This document shows positions 1-13,200 of a DNA stretch of 64,000 nt, piece by piece. The translations under genes and the position numbers were made by a program. Below the pieces are notes generated by a model. It was given only the letters and a program-made list of their open reading frames with translations, was not told where the DNA came from and did no database searches. The number at the start of each line of letters is the position of its first letter. The stretch's first letter is position 1. Source of the DNA: Takakia lepidozioides (Eukaryota; Plantae; Bryophyta); assembly GCA_030704615.1 (NCBI GenBank), contig CM060732.1, positions 81,344,001 to 81,408,000 of the forward strand, written 5' to 3'.

Positions 1-217
1 CACTTTACACGGTCGTGCAACAATACAGAATCAATAGGATGGACTACAATGTACATAATATATGTCCGGAATAACCCTAATGGATACAATCACTAACTAT
101 GCATATGCTAGCCCAGAACGACACAACAATTAGCTGAAGTAGCCAAAGAACTATTCATCAGAATATATGTATATGAAAGTGACAGAGAACATAGAATTCT
201 GGAGGATCAAATGCTAA

Positions 218-600
218 CCCAGAACTCCATGAAGTCTTCAGTAGTGAAAGAACCAAACTTGATAGTCTCCTGCCTATCTCCAGCTCGAAATTCGACGAAC
301 ATTCTCTTGTTTTCAAGGTTTAGGGTTACATATGTGGCGGATGCAAGAGAGGCTCGTTTTGCGTGCACTCCAACATTGTCATCTCCACTACTTTCTTGCG
401 ATGCTTCATCACCTTTGTCACCCTCATCTCCTGAAGTGAAGTCTTTGTCTGGTTCGTTGTCATCGCTCCTCTCGGATATAGAGGAGTCCACATACTTCTC
501 CGCAGTAGCCATGGACCGCAAACGTCCACTCCTCCTTACACTTGGAGGATGACTCGGCTGCAGCATGGCCCGTGCAGGGTTAGCAACCTCAGTCGCCTTC
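218..600 (-). CDS. Exon of an unidentified acidic/Ser-rich protein (partial, possibly transposon-derived)
   Basis: Open frame (RRSGRLRS...DEGDKGDEASQESSGDD...) bounded by an acceptor-like ttgtatag/gtcatag and a donor-like tgg|gttagc. No family recognised. Confidence 0.3.
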
Positions 601-1360
601 CTATGACCTATACAAGACAATACAAGACAATACATTAGTACTCACTCCTTATAACTCACATTTTACTGAGTACCCACTATACAGTGTAAAGCCTCTCCAC
701 GATCTGAAACAAATAGCAGCTAAGGATGAAATCGTCACTGACGCACTAACAAAACTCACGCGTTCGACCGTGCTCACAAGATCAACTAGCGTGCTCAAAG
801 CGGGCACGCTATATGAACTCACCAAACTCCACACTGTATGCTGGAAATACTCACGCGCTCGACACTTAGTTCCACTCGAGGAAGATGAGGAAGATGAATG
901 CACGGTGTACTTGCCCGCGTCCGATATATCTCGTAAGCTAGCAATGATGTGACTAGCGCGACGTGGCTCCATTTATCATCAATACTACCTCCAGCTTCCT
1001 CCCCTTTGCTGTAGCATTGCGTAGAGACTCACAATCTAATTTCAAGGTGTACGAACTGCACCAGAAGAAACGTGCTTGCAAGAAGAAATTAGTGGAGATC
1101 ACTATGACAGAGGACAGCCCTCCCAAAGTACGCACCATTATCTTAACATGATCATATCAGCGAGGCACAAAACAATCAAACCCCTTCTACACTACATTTG
1201 TGAATAGTGAGACTTACCAAGGGGGTGGTTATCAGTAGATGTCGATGTTTTGTAAACTCGAAGGATACAAGTTAAATATGACATAAATGACATATGTGTC
1301 ATCATGAATGTCCCATTGTCATGCCCTATTGCCTTGCATTTTCATTTCTCTCTCTTCCAT

Positions 1361-1400
1361 ATATATGTAATATATATATATATATATATATAATATATAT
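1361..1400. repeat. (TA)n microsatellite
   Basis: Direct reading of the sequence. Confidence 0.9.
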
Positions 1401-2171
1401 TCTTTCATTTGTCTTTAGTTTTTTTTTTTTTTGTAAGTGTTGTGGTAGGTCGTGTGTTGGAGGGAGTGCTGCAGCAGACTCTGATTGAGCTGTGACCCAC
1501 CCCGCCTCCAATCGCTGCTCCACCTACACGTCAATTCTTTGTAAGTCTTATACTTGTAGGTCCATGGACCACAATACATGTGCGGGACGATGACCAACGG
1601 TTGTCAAGTGTTGAGCACTCGTGTGGGATGAGAGTCAAGGATCTTTGGAGAGGTTGGTGAAAGATTATATCTGCTTCTAGACTATTTACATTTATTCTTC
1701 AAAATATTCATTGCAGATGAACAATCAATAGTCGGATTTATTGTTTAAGTGATACTATTAATACGTATGATCACATTGTTGCGGTACACATTTAATATTT
1801 CATTTGTTGTCATTGTTTTGTAGTTTCTAATAAAATATAAGTTGCATTGAACAATCATCATCAGTAATGTTGTAGAGGACAATAGCTAAAAAACGAAATG
1901 GTTCTTAATTTTGTCAGTTATGACAAAAGTTTTTTCTCTCAATTCAGCGAAAAGCTATTACGTGATACGAAACTTCAAAAATTTGAAATGTAACTCTTTT
2001 TAGACTGAGCATGCCATGGACAACGTGATTTGGATCAACCATTAAGAATAAATCAATTTATGCAATGCTCGATTGGCTATGTCCAAATAAATCACATTTT
2101 CACTTCACCTCCCATCCTATTAAAATTAGGGTTGTAGACTGACGTGACGTCAAGTCGAGTCACGTCTGATG

Positions 2172-3390
2172 CTTAATTTGGGACCGCTACTGCTGGCGGT
2201 CCCGCTATCATTAAAAATTATTGAAATTCAGGCCCGTCAGCTCTACTGGTCTCGATTTTTAAGAAGATATTTAATAATTTTGGGACTGCCAACTCTCGCA
2301 ATCCCGATTGTTGAAGAAATATTTAATAAATTGAGACCATTACCTTTGGCGGTCCCAAATTATCAAAAAATATGATTTCTAAGAAATTATTTTATAAATG
2401 GCGATCCCGATTTCTTTAAAAAAATTAATAAAACGGGACTCCCAGTTTTGGGACAAAATTTCCAATCAAGACGACTAGAGTTGGCGGTCCTAAATTTTAT
2501 CCCAGAATAAAATCAAGAAATCAAAACCTTCGTCCCAATTTTGTGCCCAATTTTTTTTTTAAAAATTACGAAGAGATTTGGGACCGCTAGCTTCGGCGGT
2601 CCTGATTTTATCCAAAATAAAAAATAAAAAATAATCGAGATCGCCTGAGCTAGTGGTACTGAATTTATTAAATAATTTCTGAAAAATTAGAACCACTAGC
2701 GCTAGACCTGATAATGATTTATTAAATATTTCCTTAAAAATTCGAGATCGCCACAATTGGCGGTCCCTATTTATTTAAAAGTTTTTTTGAAAACTCGGCA
2801 CCGCCATAGCCGACGGTCCCGATTTATAAAATATATTTTTGAGAATTTGGGACCGTCACAGCTAGCGATCCCGATTTATTAAACAATGTTTTCAAGAATT
2901 AGGACCGTCAAAGCTGGTGGTACTGAATTTATTAAATAATTTCCTTAAAATTGAAACCACGAGAGCTGGCATTCTTGAATTTTTTAAATAATTTCTTAAA
3001 AATCAGGACCGCTGGAGCTGGTAGTCACGATTTATTAAATATTGCCTTAAAAATTTGGGACTGCCACAGCTCCCGGTCCCTATTTAGTAAATATTTTCTT
3101 GAAATTTTGGAGCCGTCAGAATTAGCGATTTCGATTTATCAAATATTTTCTAAAAAATCAGGACCGCCAAAGCTGGTGAGCCTGAATTTATTAAATATCT
3201 TCTTAAAATCGAGACCGCAAGAAGTGACGATCCCAAATTTATTAAATATTTTTTCAAAAATTGGGGGTCGCTAGCTTTGACGTTCCCAATTTATTATTAT
3301 CATTAATAATTTGAAACCATTAGATCTGACCATCTCAAATGTTTTTTAAAAATAATGTTTTAAAAAATTTAGACCGCTAGATATGACACG
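2172..3390. repeat. Degenerate tandem array of ~52-bp units, each a palindrome AAATY-GGGACCGCCA-N4-TGGCGGTCCC-RATTT plus an AT-rich spacer (~24 units)
   Basis: Units start at about 2176, 2225, 2277, 2329 ... 2793, 2845, 2897, 2950, 3001, 3052, 3104, 3157, 3207, 3259, 3310, 3365. Confidence 0.85.
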
Positions 3391-4145
3391 ACGACTTACT
3401 ACCGTACTTGCCTATGCTATTCGTTAAGACCCCATTGGACTAATTAATTTTTCTTACAGAAAGGGTCTAACAGGTTTTTTTAAAAAAATTTGTAGTTCCG
3501 GAAATGTTCATGATAAATAATTTAAAAAAAACATTTATATCACATATGTGTGTGGCTAGTGCAACGGTTTTGCAAATAAATTCGGAAGGGCAGGTCGGGG
3601 GGTCGAATTTTTGACATTCGTTCATTTTTTCTTGAAATTTTGGAGCCGTCAGAGTTAGCGATTTTGATTTATCAAATAATTTCTAAGAAATCAGGACCGC
3701 CAAAGCTGGTGAGCCTGAATTTATTAAATATCTTCTAAAAATCGAGACCGCAAGAAGTGACGATCCCAAATTTATTAAATATTTTTTCAAAAATTGGGGG
3801 TCGCTAGCTTTGACGGTCCCAATTTATTATTATCATTAATAATTTGAAACCATTAGATCTGACCATCTCAAATGTTTTTTAAAAATAATGTCTTAAAAAA
3901 TTTAGACCGCTAGATATGACATGACGACTTACTACCGTACTTGCCTATGCTATTCGTTAAGACCCCGTTGGACTAATTAATTTTTCTTACAGAAAGGGTC
4001 TGACACGTTTTCAAAAAAAAATTGTAGTTCCGGAAATTTTCATGATAAATAATTTAAAAAAAACATTTATATCACATATGTGTGTGGCTAGTGCAACGGT
4101 TTTGCAAATAAATTCGGAAGAGCAGGTCGGGAATTTTTGACATTC
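3094..4145. repeat. Near-identical 533-bp tandem duplication (about 3094-3619 and 3627-4145)
   Basis: cttgaaattttggagccgtcag at 3098 and 3631; taccgtacttgcctatgc at 3400 and 3933; both copies end in gaatttttgacattc. Confidence 0.9.
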
Positions 4146-4225
4146 AATCATAGAAGGCTTCTAAAAATTTTCGGCAGTTTATTTTTGCATTTAATTTTCA
4201 TCGGACAGCGTAGGCAGGTAAGGTG
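3933..4225. mobile_element. MITE (~290 bp) with TACCGTACYTGCCTA terminal inverted repeats, Tc1/mariner-pogo-like
   Basis: Left end taccgtacttgcctatgc; right end gcgtaggcaggtaaggtg matches 14/18 as an inverted repeat. Related ends occur at 3400, 31637 and 31913. Confidence 0.55.
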
Positions 4226-4969
4226 CTTTAAAAAACGCGCGGATTTTTTTTTTAGTATTTTGAAGTCAGGAGAGCCGAATTGCACGCAGACAGTGCAGAA
4301 TCGAGACCATTTGTTATAGAAACGACGAAACATCGACAGAGCTACTGGTATGGCCCACAAATAGATGAGTCTGCGACGTCCATAAAGCCCATGAAGCCAA
4401 AGCGCTCAGGAGTTTATACGACTATAGTACCTGCAAAGAGCAACAGTTGAAGGCGTGCGATTCCAGTCGTCGATTCGAATATCTGAAGAAAAAAACGTCC
4501 GATGGGCTGTGTTTTAAATGACACGGTTGACAACGGTCTCGCAACATATATGTATAAATTTTCACGTTGCTCCAATGCAATTTCATGAGGACGCTAGAGG
4601 CGTGGAACACACATATTCATGGTTACGATTTTATTTTCATGCTTGGATACGTCAGTGACAGTGATCAAGCATGGGTTCCCATGTGTCTTAGTTCATTCAT
4701 AAAAACAGATAGTGCAGTGCGGTAAGCAACAAACTGTCGGCAGTGTGTTCTTTTCCCAAGAGGACAATTAAGTTTTTGTGTGTGAAACAAATTCAAGAAG
4801 CTTCCAAGATGACTTGGTCTTCTATCAAAAATCCTAAAGAGGTTTTATCCAGCGGTAATGGCTGACTGTGATTTTGTTGTGCAAAGTACCTTCAACGAAC
4901 AGGACGAAGCCAGAATCGAGCGCTGTTTGAGAAGGTTTTTTTTTTTGTGTGGTTAAAAGTGATACTAGA

Positions 4970-7900
4970 TGATGTAGAAGGAGGGCTGAAATCCCATTGA
5001 ACTTAATAAAACCCCATGGGTATCATGCTGGTTAGAGTTCATGTTTGGGGTACCTCAGATTTATATAACCCTTCATACCAGTATTAATTTAAACTAGTAT
5101 ATAATACAGCCTGGAAAAAAGGATCAGGTACTAATGCCTTATCATCCCAAGTCAACAATGTCTTAAACTGTAGCAGAAGGCCATGGTTTGACAAAGAATA
5201 ACTCTGACAGCCCTTAGAAGGGGAGGGAGTAACACTGGTAAAAGTGTTGCCCCAACATCCTTAATCATTGTTGTGGGCTGTAAATCACTTTTTATAATTC
5301 AGCCAAACAATACATACATCACCACAACAAGGATAACAAGGGGGGTATGGACAGATCTGTTAATCATTTCCAAATTGCTCCAAAGCCCTTACCACAGCAA
5401 AACAACAAAGCTGGGAATGGACTTAACTGGTGGGCTGCACTTACATTGCCCCAAAACAGGGAGCCAACCCTGTGCACCATTTCCAGACTGCCCAAATCCT
5501 ATACAACTGCTGCAGCAGCAGATCATTGTTCATGACCCAGCAAGACACCACATTTCCACCACATTTACCATCGTTTTTACACCAAATCATGGGAGAGATC
5601 CCTTTTATTCTCCCTGGCTATTTCAAAAGATCAGCCCCAAGCGTTGATCTGTTCACAACCAAAAAATACGCTACGCGTTAAAAGCCGTATTTTTACGTGC
5701 AATGGGTGTTTGTTGATTTTCCATGGTTGATGGTGGAATCAAATGGACCTGAAGTTTGGTGGATATTTCAAGCATATCCCAAGGGAATTTGTAGCCAAGT
5801 TTCAAGAGTTTTGGAGAGGATTTGCAACAAATCGCCATTTATGAAGTTTTCGAGCGTCCATAGTCACAAGAAATTCAATTGAAGTGGATTTTTGGGCCTA
5901 AAAGGAATAAGAACGCCTTGGGATAGCTGGTTGGATGAATGGTAATACCTACCAACCAAGAAGTGTTGAAATCTTTTTTCATCCAAGGATTTTGGATATT
6001 CCATCCAATTATTTTTTATAGTTTTTCTAGTATAAGTAGTTTAGGATGTGAGCTTTTGCTCACCACTTCACTCTTGTTTTTTTTGCTTGTTAGTTGCTTG
6101 TTAGTTAGTTGCTTAGAGAGCTTGCTTGTGAGCATAGCTTTGTCTTATGCAACTTGTTTTGTGATAGTTTACTTGTGTGCTTAGAGCTTAGCCTAGATAT
6201 TTTAGACAAGCTTGGAGGAAGCAACTAGTGCAACTTATGAAGACTAGGGATACCCTAGGTGCTTAAGTTGTAGGGCAAGTGTCATTTATGATTCGAAAAG
6301 GAGAAATCTTTCCCAAAAAGAGGAGTGTGGTTCAACTTGAGAAAGTAACGAGCCCCTAGAGAGAGAAGATGAGGTAGAAAAACAATAACCCCATAGAGAG
6401 GTGAGCTTCTATCCCTTCCCCTAGGTTTTGGTAGTCTTTTTAGCCAAGTGAATGCACCGTAGAGTGGAGAGAGAGCTTTTTAGTCTTTGTTCAAAGTTTT
6501 GCTTTGTTTTTTTGTGTTTTGTTGTTGGAAGTTCTTTGTACTAACCTTAGCTTGGTCCCACTAACAAGAGAGTGGTGGGAGCTTGGGAAAGAGAGGAAGA
6601 CTAACTCTCCCTAGTGGCCAAGATGCCCAAGGAGTTGTCATTTTGTTTTATGTTTTATTTTTTGGCTTAAGAGTGGAAAGATCTAACCCTAGAGTGCTAG
6701 CCATGCAGTGAAGTACCTCTAAGATGGATGTGGGTTCTCTTTGTATTGGCCACTAGGCCCTTAGTATTGTTAAAGTTGATGAACCACTAACCCTTGACTT
6801 CCAAGACTAACCATGCAAGGGTTAGCTTAGTTCAAGCTTGGAATCGATAGGTGTGTTAATTTTTGTCATTTGAAGTTGAGGAAAGTGAAGCCTAGAGCAG
6901 CTAGGTCAAGCACTTCTTTGTCCTCTCCACTAGGCCCTAGTTTCCCCCATGAGAGAGAGAGGAAACAAGAGAGGCTAGGGAGGAAGAATATTTTTTTCAA
7001 AGTATATTTTTTCTTCTACCATGTCGCTGGAAATCTAAAAACTAACCCAACCCAATTTTCAGATCCTAAATCTATTAAGTTTAGGCCCCCATAGCCTGTA
7101 GAAAGCTTGGGATGCTTTGTTCTTTGAAGAAATGTGAGTTTTGACTAACCAAAAGGGTTAGCACAACCGCAAAAGGTTTTGGCATGTTATGGGGGATGGG
7201 GTTGTTCTTTTTCAGGCATGATGGAATGAAAGTGGGCCATGATGATGGGCCATTATGCCCAAAGCAATAGCCAGCCTTGGCTATTGTGAGGTACTTAAGC
7301 ACGAACCACGAGAAGGGGGGCGTTGACTGGCGCCAGGCCCACACTGCTGTCGGGCTGTGCAGCTAGCTTAAAAAACGTGGGGGATGTCTAAATCCTGTCC
7401 GGATCCCCTGGTCCTAGGCTTGGACCGCTGGACTTTGGTGCGGGACCTACGCCAACATCAATAGCGTCGCGCCCCCCCCACGCGTGTAGCAGGTCCTGCG
7501 TCCGCCGGATAAATGCATCTTTCTATTAACCAACGGTTCCTAAGATATGGGGGTGACCTCTTTAATCTTTTGAGTGAGGTTAATATAGCATGAGGGTTAT
7601 GGATGGTGCATTTGGGGTAGTTTTTAGTGGCTAATCTTGAAGTTAATGGGGCTGCTAAGATCATCTCAGTGTCGTTGTTTAGAATCATAGGAAATTACTT
7701 AGGGCCGAAACAGCAGGACAACACGGGACACTCGGTGAAGAAAATATAAAAGAAAATCCATAGAATTTGAACCAATGATCATTGGGGTTCCAAACGAGAG
7801 AGACGACCGAGTGATTGACATGTGTCCTTGGGTTGATTTTCTTACGACTGGATGATGGCGGATGAAATAAGCAGTATTCCATCCGTAGGATGGATGAACG

Positions 7901-9324
7901 GTGGATGAATAGAGGAATACAGTTTTTCATCCAATTGCAAGGATGATCAACGGATAATCAAAGGATTATGCCCTTAATAAACAACTCCCTAGCCCCTAGG
8001 TCTCAAGTTTAAATCTCCTTAGAGCTAGACTGGTTTTTCCATCCAACAGGGTCATTTCTCTATGGTTCCCTCATCATGAGAAGAGTTTTTGGGCAATGAG
8101 AAGGGATTAGTGAATTATCTAGAGGCCATTCGAAAGCTTAGATAAATTCCTACCTAACTCCTATTTTTCTAGAATTAGTGAATTTTCATCCTCAGTAATT
8201 AGTTTTAAATGGGGTTTTTTGCTTAGAAAATTACCAGAAAATAGGAATAGAGGTAATCAAATCTAGAATTTTTTTACTATTTCCTAATTATAAGAGCATA
8301 CCTAGGATAGTATTTTTTCCCATTTTTTTTAATTGAATTCTATTTCTAGAAAAGAGCCAGGATGGATCATAGCCTTAAAGAAAGCTAAAGCAAAACTGGG
8401 ATCTCTGGATCGGGCGAAACAAAAATTCCACCGCAATACTCAAGCAATAGTCGACCACTATATCAACTCACTTAGAGAGCTTGGTGTTGATCAAGAAAAA
8501 ATCAGTGAGCTTCTCCGACGGTCGGGGTTTTGGCGAACCTCATTGCAATGAAATCGCTGCCTCAAGAAGTGATGGAGGCTTATTACACCTTTGTCTGTCG
8601 AAATATACCTAGCATGGGCCAGACGTAGTCCCAGACAGAACCGAAATTTACCTTGTGAAGTAAAAAAATATCGTGGCTTTTACAACAACGTTATGCTCCA
8701 ATGAAGCAACTAATGGGGAAGTTTAGGACTAGAGGTATTATAAGTGAAAAAGGCAGGCCAGTGCATTTCACGGCCATCTTATCCTAAGAGGACGCCCTAG
8801 AAATTAACGAAAAATTGGGATATTGTTCGGTAAAGTGCTTTTCTTCTATGCTAGGGTATGCTCTCCCCTCTGGATAGTGGGAACGTAAGAGACCCCTTTG
8901 TACACACGTGCGATCCGGGGAAGCGTATTTGTGAAGCAACCCCAACCTAAGCGGCTTGCCCTTAACGTTTGGTCACTCCAAGCGGAGAGGACCTCCCGAA
9001 AAAACTGACAGGCTTCGGGGTGAAGCCGTGTTAACGCGAATAAAGAAGTCTTGGAAAACAATTAGTTAGGAGTAGATTCCGTAAGTCATACAAACAGAAC
9101 TTTGACTTGCAAGTGTGGGAGTTAGACCCCGTGTTTTGATAGTAGTTTAGATAACAGGAAGAGTTCCCTCCATCGACCGCTGACCCTCTGCCAGGACTAG
9201 CGACACATCTCATAAGTGGGCGATTCTTGATTCTAACCCACCTCGTCGCCAGACTCTAGGCTCGGGATTGACGTCGTCTTTTTTCCCTTCGCGATTGTGC
9301 GCGCGGCGAGGCTCGTCACTTACA
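4970..9324. mobile_element. Non-coding LTR-like retroelement remnants (possibly two solo LTRs: ~4970-7460 and ~7485-9324)
   Basis: TGATGT...ACATCA and TGTA...TACA termini, a G-run PPT-like tract at 7472-7479 on the minus strand, no coherent ORF. No matching TSDs were found. Confidence 0.3.
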
Positions 9325-10039
9325 TGTTACTATAATAAACTATATAATGTAAAAATTAAAAATTAAAAATAACATATTTTTGTTTTATCCTCTTTGGTGT
9401 GTTGAGATCCAACTGGAGGTGAATTCTCCAGCAGCAGCGGATGGAGCTGCGTGACCAGTTTCTGATTTCAGTGAATAAAACGGTATTACTTGGGTATCAC
9501 TAGAGTATCAATAGAGTAGTAGATGCAGTGAATTCCCTCAGACTCTATGTGGCAGCAGCAGTTGTGGCGGACGGCTGAGGAGACAGTATTGTTATTGTGT
9601 GGACTTAAGAACATGACAATAGACTTCTTTGTCCATGGATGGATGTACCATATCTCGTCGTCGTCACAGCCAATCAAATTCTCTTTTTATTTTTAAACAT
9701 AGAAAACATCAATATGATCATATGTCAGTCTCTCTTTCAATTTTTAAACATGACCATATGTAGAATTTGAATTTTGTAGGTAATGCCCACATCCATTTAC
9801 GCACCGGTTGGTTGCCTTTCCTCTACCTGAATCTACGCCTTATTACTCCATTAGCAAGAGCCAGCATAAGTACTCCATCAGGCACAGTTTACATTATCAA
9901 TTCACAAATTACCTACTAAAACTTCTACAGCTGGGTCAAGCAAGTTCTACAGCATATAGATTTAAAGTTGAAATTGAAAATCAAGCCAACAGAATGCTTG
10001 GAGTTGGAGCCTCTTTGCATTGCGGCAATATTTGAATCT

Positions 10040-10298
10040 AGTGTCGCATTGGTGGCCCATCGTCTCGAGAGCGTTGCCGTGATGTTGAAAATCGTGAGAG
10101 TCGGACAACGGTTGATCTGGTAGTTGGGTAAGCGACAACTCCAATGTATCTGGTTTTTGTGGCTCCATGCTGCCAATACAAGATGCAAGAGTGCTACAAA
10201 TGTAGCTATATATATTGATTTGTGATGCTCCTTCCTCCTTAGCGTGTATCAGGTACACTGAATGTGGAGTCTTCATCTTGAAGCTAACTTGACTGACA
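10040..10298 (-). mobile_element. Candidate 3' LTR of the chromovirus (diverged from the 5' LTR; distal end uncertain)
   Basis: Starts TGTCA just after the chromodomain and has TATATATAG-N12-CACTCTT, like the 5' LTR promoter (N14). It does not otherwise align with the 5' LTR. Confidence 0.35.
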
Positions 10299-13200
10299 TC
10301 ATCGTTGTGACGTCTTATTGACGTGTAGTTCAGAGCTTAGCTGGATATCGTTGATGAAACTCTTGGACTTTGTCAAATGCATTGGCGAGGTTGGATGAAG
10401 GTTCTCACGTTCATTCGCTGATGTCGTAGCCTTCCAATGTACGAAATACTCAAGACGTTTATACTTGATGCGAGAGTCTAGGACTTCGTCAACTTCATAC
10501 TCGATTTCCTGATTGACGTCGATTGGTGGAGGTGGTACGAAGACGCTCCCTGAAATATTCGATGGATGATACAACTCCAATAATGAAACATGAAAGACTT
10601 GATGGATGTGCATACTTCGTGGGAGTTCAAGCCGAAAATTGATCTGATTTATTTGTCGAATAATTTTGAATGATCCCAGGCATTGATAATCCAATTTCTT
10701 TTATGGTCGCGAGGTTTGTATGTCACGTCGAAGAAGCCACACACGATCTCCGACCTGAACTAGGGTTGGAGTTGACGATGTTGATCTACATACTCCTTGT
10801 ATTGTTTTTAAGCTTCCGCGAGGCGGAATGTAAATTCCTTGTGAATCATAGCAAGATGAGTAGCAAGGCTTTTTGCAGCAGGACTTCTAACAGTTTTCAT
10901 GTGGAAAGGGTTTGCTCGAGGATGATGACCATAATTGGAGAAAAATTGAGTTTGCTTGGTCGAAGAATGTATAATGTTGTTGTAGAGAAACTCAGCTAAT
11001 GGCAGAAGATCCGTCCAATTATCTTGGTGATAATTTATCGTACAACGAAGATATTGCTCCAAAATCTAGTTATGCGTTCGGTTTGATCATCAGTCTGTGG
11101 ATGATTAGCTGTAGAGAGGTTGATCTTAGTATCCAATATGTGAAATAATCCCCTTCAGAAATTTGATATGAACTGTGGTCTTCGATCAGATACGATGTCC
11201 TTCGGGAGTCCATGAATGCGGTAGATATTATTGAGGAAGAGTCTTGCAGTTTTCTCACCTATAACCGTCTTATTACATGGAATGAAATATGTCATCTTCG
11301 TAAAATGATCCACAATAACAAGGATTGAGTCGGTGGTCTCGGAAATTGGAAGGTCCGTAATAAAGTCCATAGACAATGACGACCATGGACCCTTGGGAAT
11401 GGGTAATGGTTGAAGAAGGCCGTAATGACGATGTCGTGGTCCCTTCACCCTAGCACAAGTGTCACAAGATTTTACAAATTCTTTCACGAGTTTCCACACC
11501 TGCGGCCACCAATAGTCCATAGATATCAATTCGATTGTTTTGTTGAAGCCGAAATGTCCTGCAGCCGGAAGATCATGACATGTTTGAAGAATTCGAAGTT
11601 GTGTAGGTCCTGGAGGTACATAGAGAAGTCCATTGAAATAAAGTAAGTCATCTTTGAATTCGAAGTCGTTTAGGTCCTGGAGATACATAGAGAAGTCCCT
11701 TGAAATAAAGTAAGTCATCTTTGAATTCGAAGTCGTTTGTAATATGTGGGTTGTCTCGAGGTTGATTTAGTTGACTTCGTAGTGTCGTGGCAAATTGGTC
11801 GCTCTTCAGTGCTTCCTGAATCTCTTTTGTGATCTCTACATCGTCCTAGGTGGACATTGATAGCATAGTCAATTGGAGATTTGTTGGTTTCAAGATGATG
11901 GATTTATGTTGGTCAAAAGCTGCATCCTCTTCTTTTGGCGCAAGATACGATTGTCGAGAAAGAGCATCTGGTTTTCCTTGAAGATGTCCGGGACGGTAGA
12001 TAATAAAAAAATCAAACATTGCTAGTGACATACTTCATCTCACTTGACGTCGATTCAAAACACGAGCATTCATAAAATACTCGAGGTTTTTGTGATCAGT
12101 ATAGACAGTGACCTGATGTTTAGCTCCCTCCAATAGATGACGACACTCCTCAAAAACATCCATAATCGCTAAAAGTTCTTTGTCATGGATTTCATAATTG
12201 ATCTCCGTAGCGAAAAATTTGCGAAAACGAAAACCAACAGGGTGAAGTCGGCCATCTGTACCGTATTGAGAGAGTACCACGCCAAGTGCAAAGTCCGATG
12301 CATCTGCTTCCAAAAAGAACGGTTTAGATGGGTCTGCATGTACCAATATTGGAGCCGTTGTAAATGTCTGCTTCAGCCTTTCAAATGTTTGGTCAGCCTT
12401 CTCGTCCCATACAAATTCAGTGCAAATCGTCACCTACATGAGAACTAACGAACAGTAGCTAATACCAAATTATACGGGGTCGAAGAAATCATTCATTAGT
12501 ACGACAGTAAATTCCCTGTGAGTCGTGTCAATGGTGCAGTAATTTTGGAGTAGTCCTTGATGAAGATTCTATATAAATTTGCAAATCATAGAAAACATTG
12601 TACATCTCGGACCGAAGTTGGTTTAATCCACTTGATGATGGTTTGTATTTTCTTCTATTCCATAAAGACTCTTTTGTCGGAAATAATGTATCCCAAAATT
12701 CGACTTTAGATTGGTGGAAAAAATATTTTTCCAACTTGGCATATAGTCTTTTTTCCCTCAATTTATCAAGGACCATGCGTACATAACGATCATGTTCTTC
12801 TTCATTATGTGAAAATATCAAAATGTCGTCCAAATAGATGACTACAAAGTCATCTAAAAATTCTCGAAAGATGTCATTCATCATGTGTTGAAAAATTGCT
12901 AGAGCATTTGTAAAACCGAAAGGCATAACACTGTATTCAAAATGTCCGTACCTTGTGCGAAAAACAGTCTTCCATTCGTCTTCTTATTTTATTCGTACAA
13001 GGTTGTAAGCTCATCTCAAGTCGATATTTGTGAAAAAATTACTCGTCCAAGTTGTTCGATGAGTCCAGAAATCAGCGATAGTGGGTAACGATTTTTTATA
13101 GTGACTTTGTTGATCCCACGATAGTCCACACACATGTGTAACGATCCGTCCTGCTTCTTCACAAATAAGATAGGTGCTCCCGCGGGTGATTTTGAATGTC

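Noticed and set aside
649-1151. Overlapping short ORFs on both strands
   Set aside because: No consistent frame or recognisable domain.
2126-2170. Possible TIR pairing with 27925-27975 (gacgtgacgt...gtcacgtctgat) defining a giant element
   Set aside because: The similarity is short and self-palindromic, and no TSD was found.
2172-3390. CRISPR array interpretation of the palindromic repeats
   Set aside because: Eukaryotic context, highly degenerate repeats, short mutually similar AT-rich spacers, and no cas genes.
4970-9324. Confident solo-LTR boundaries and ORF 8333-8551 as a gene
   Set aside because: Flanks do not form TSDs (ctaga/atagc; acgcg/tgtta). The ORF is short, non-ATG and unidentifiable.
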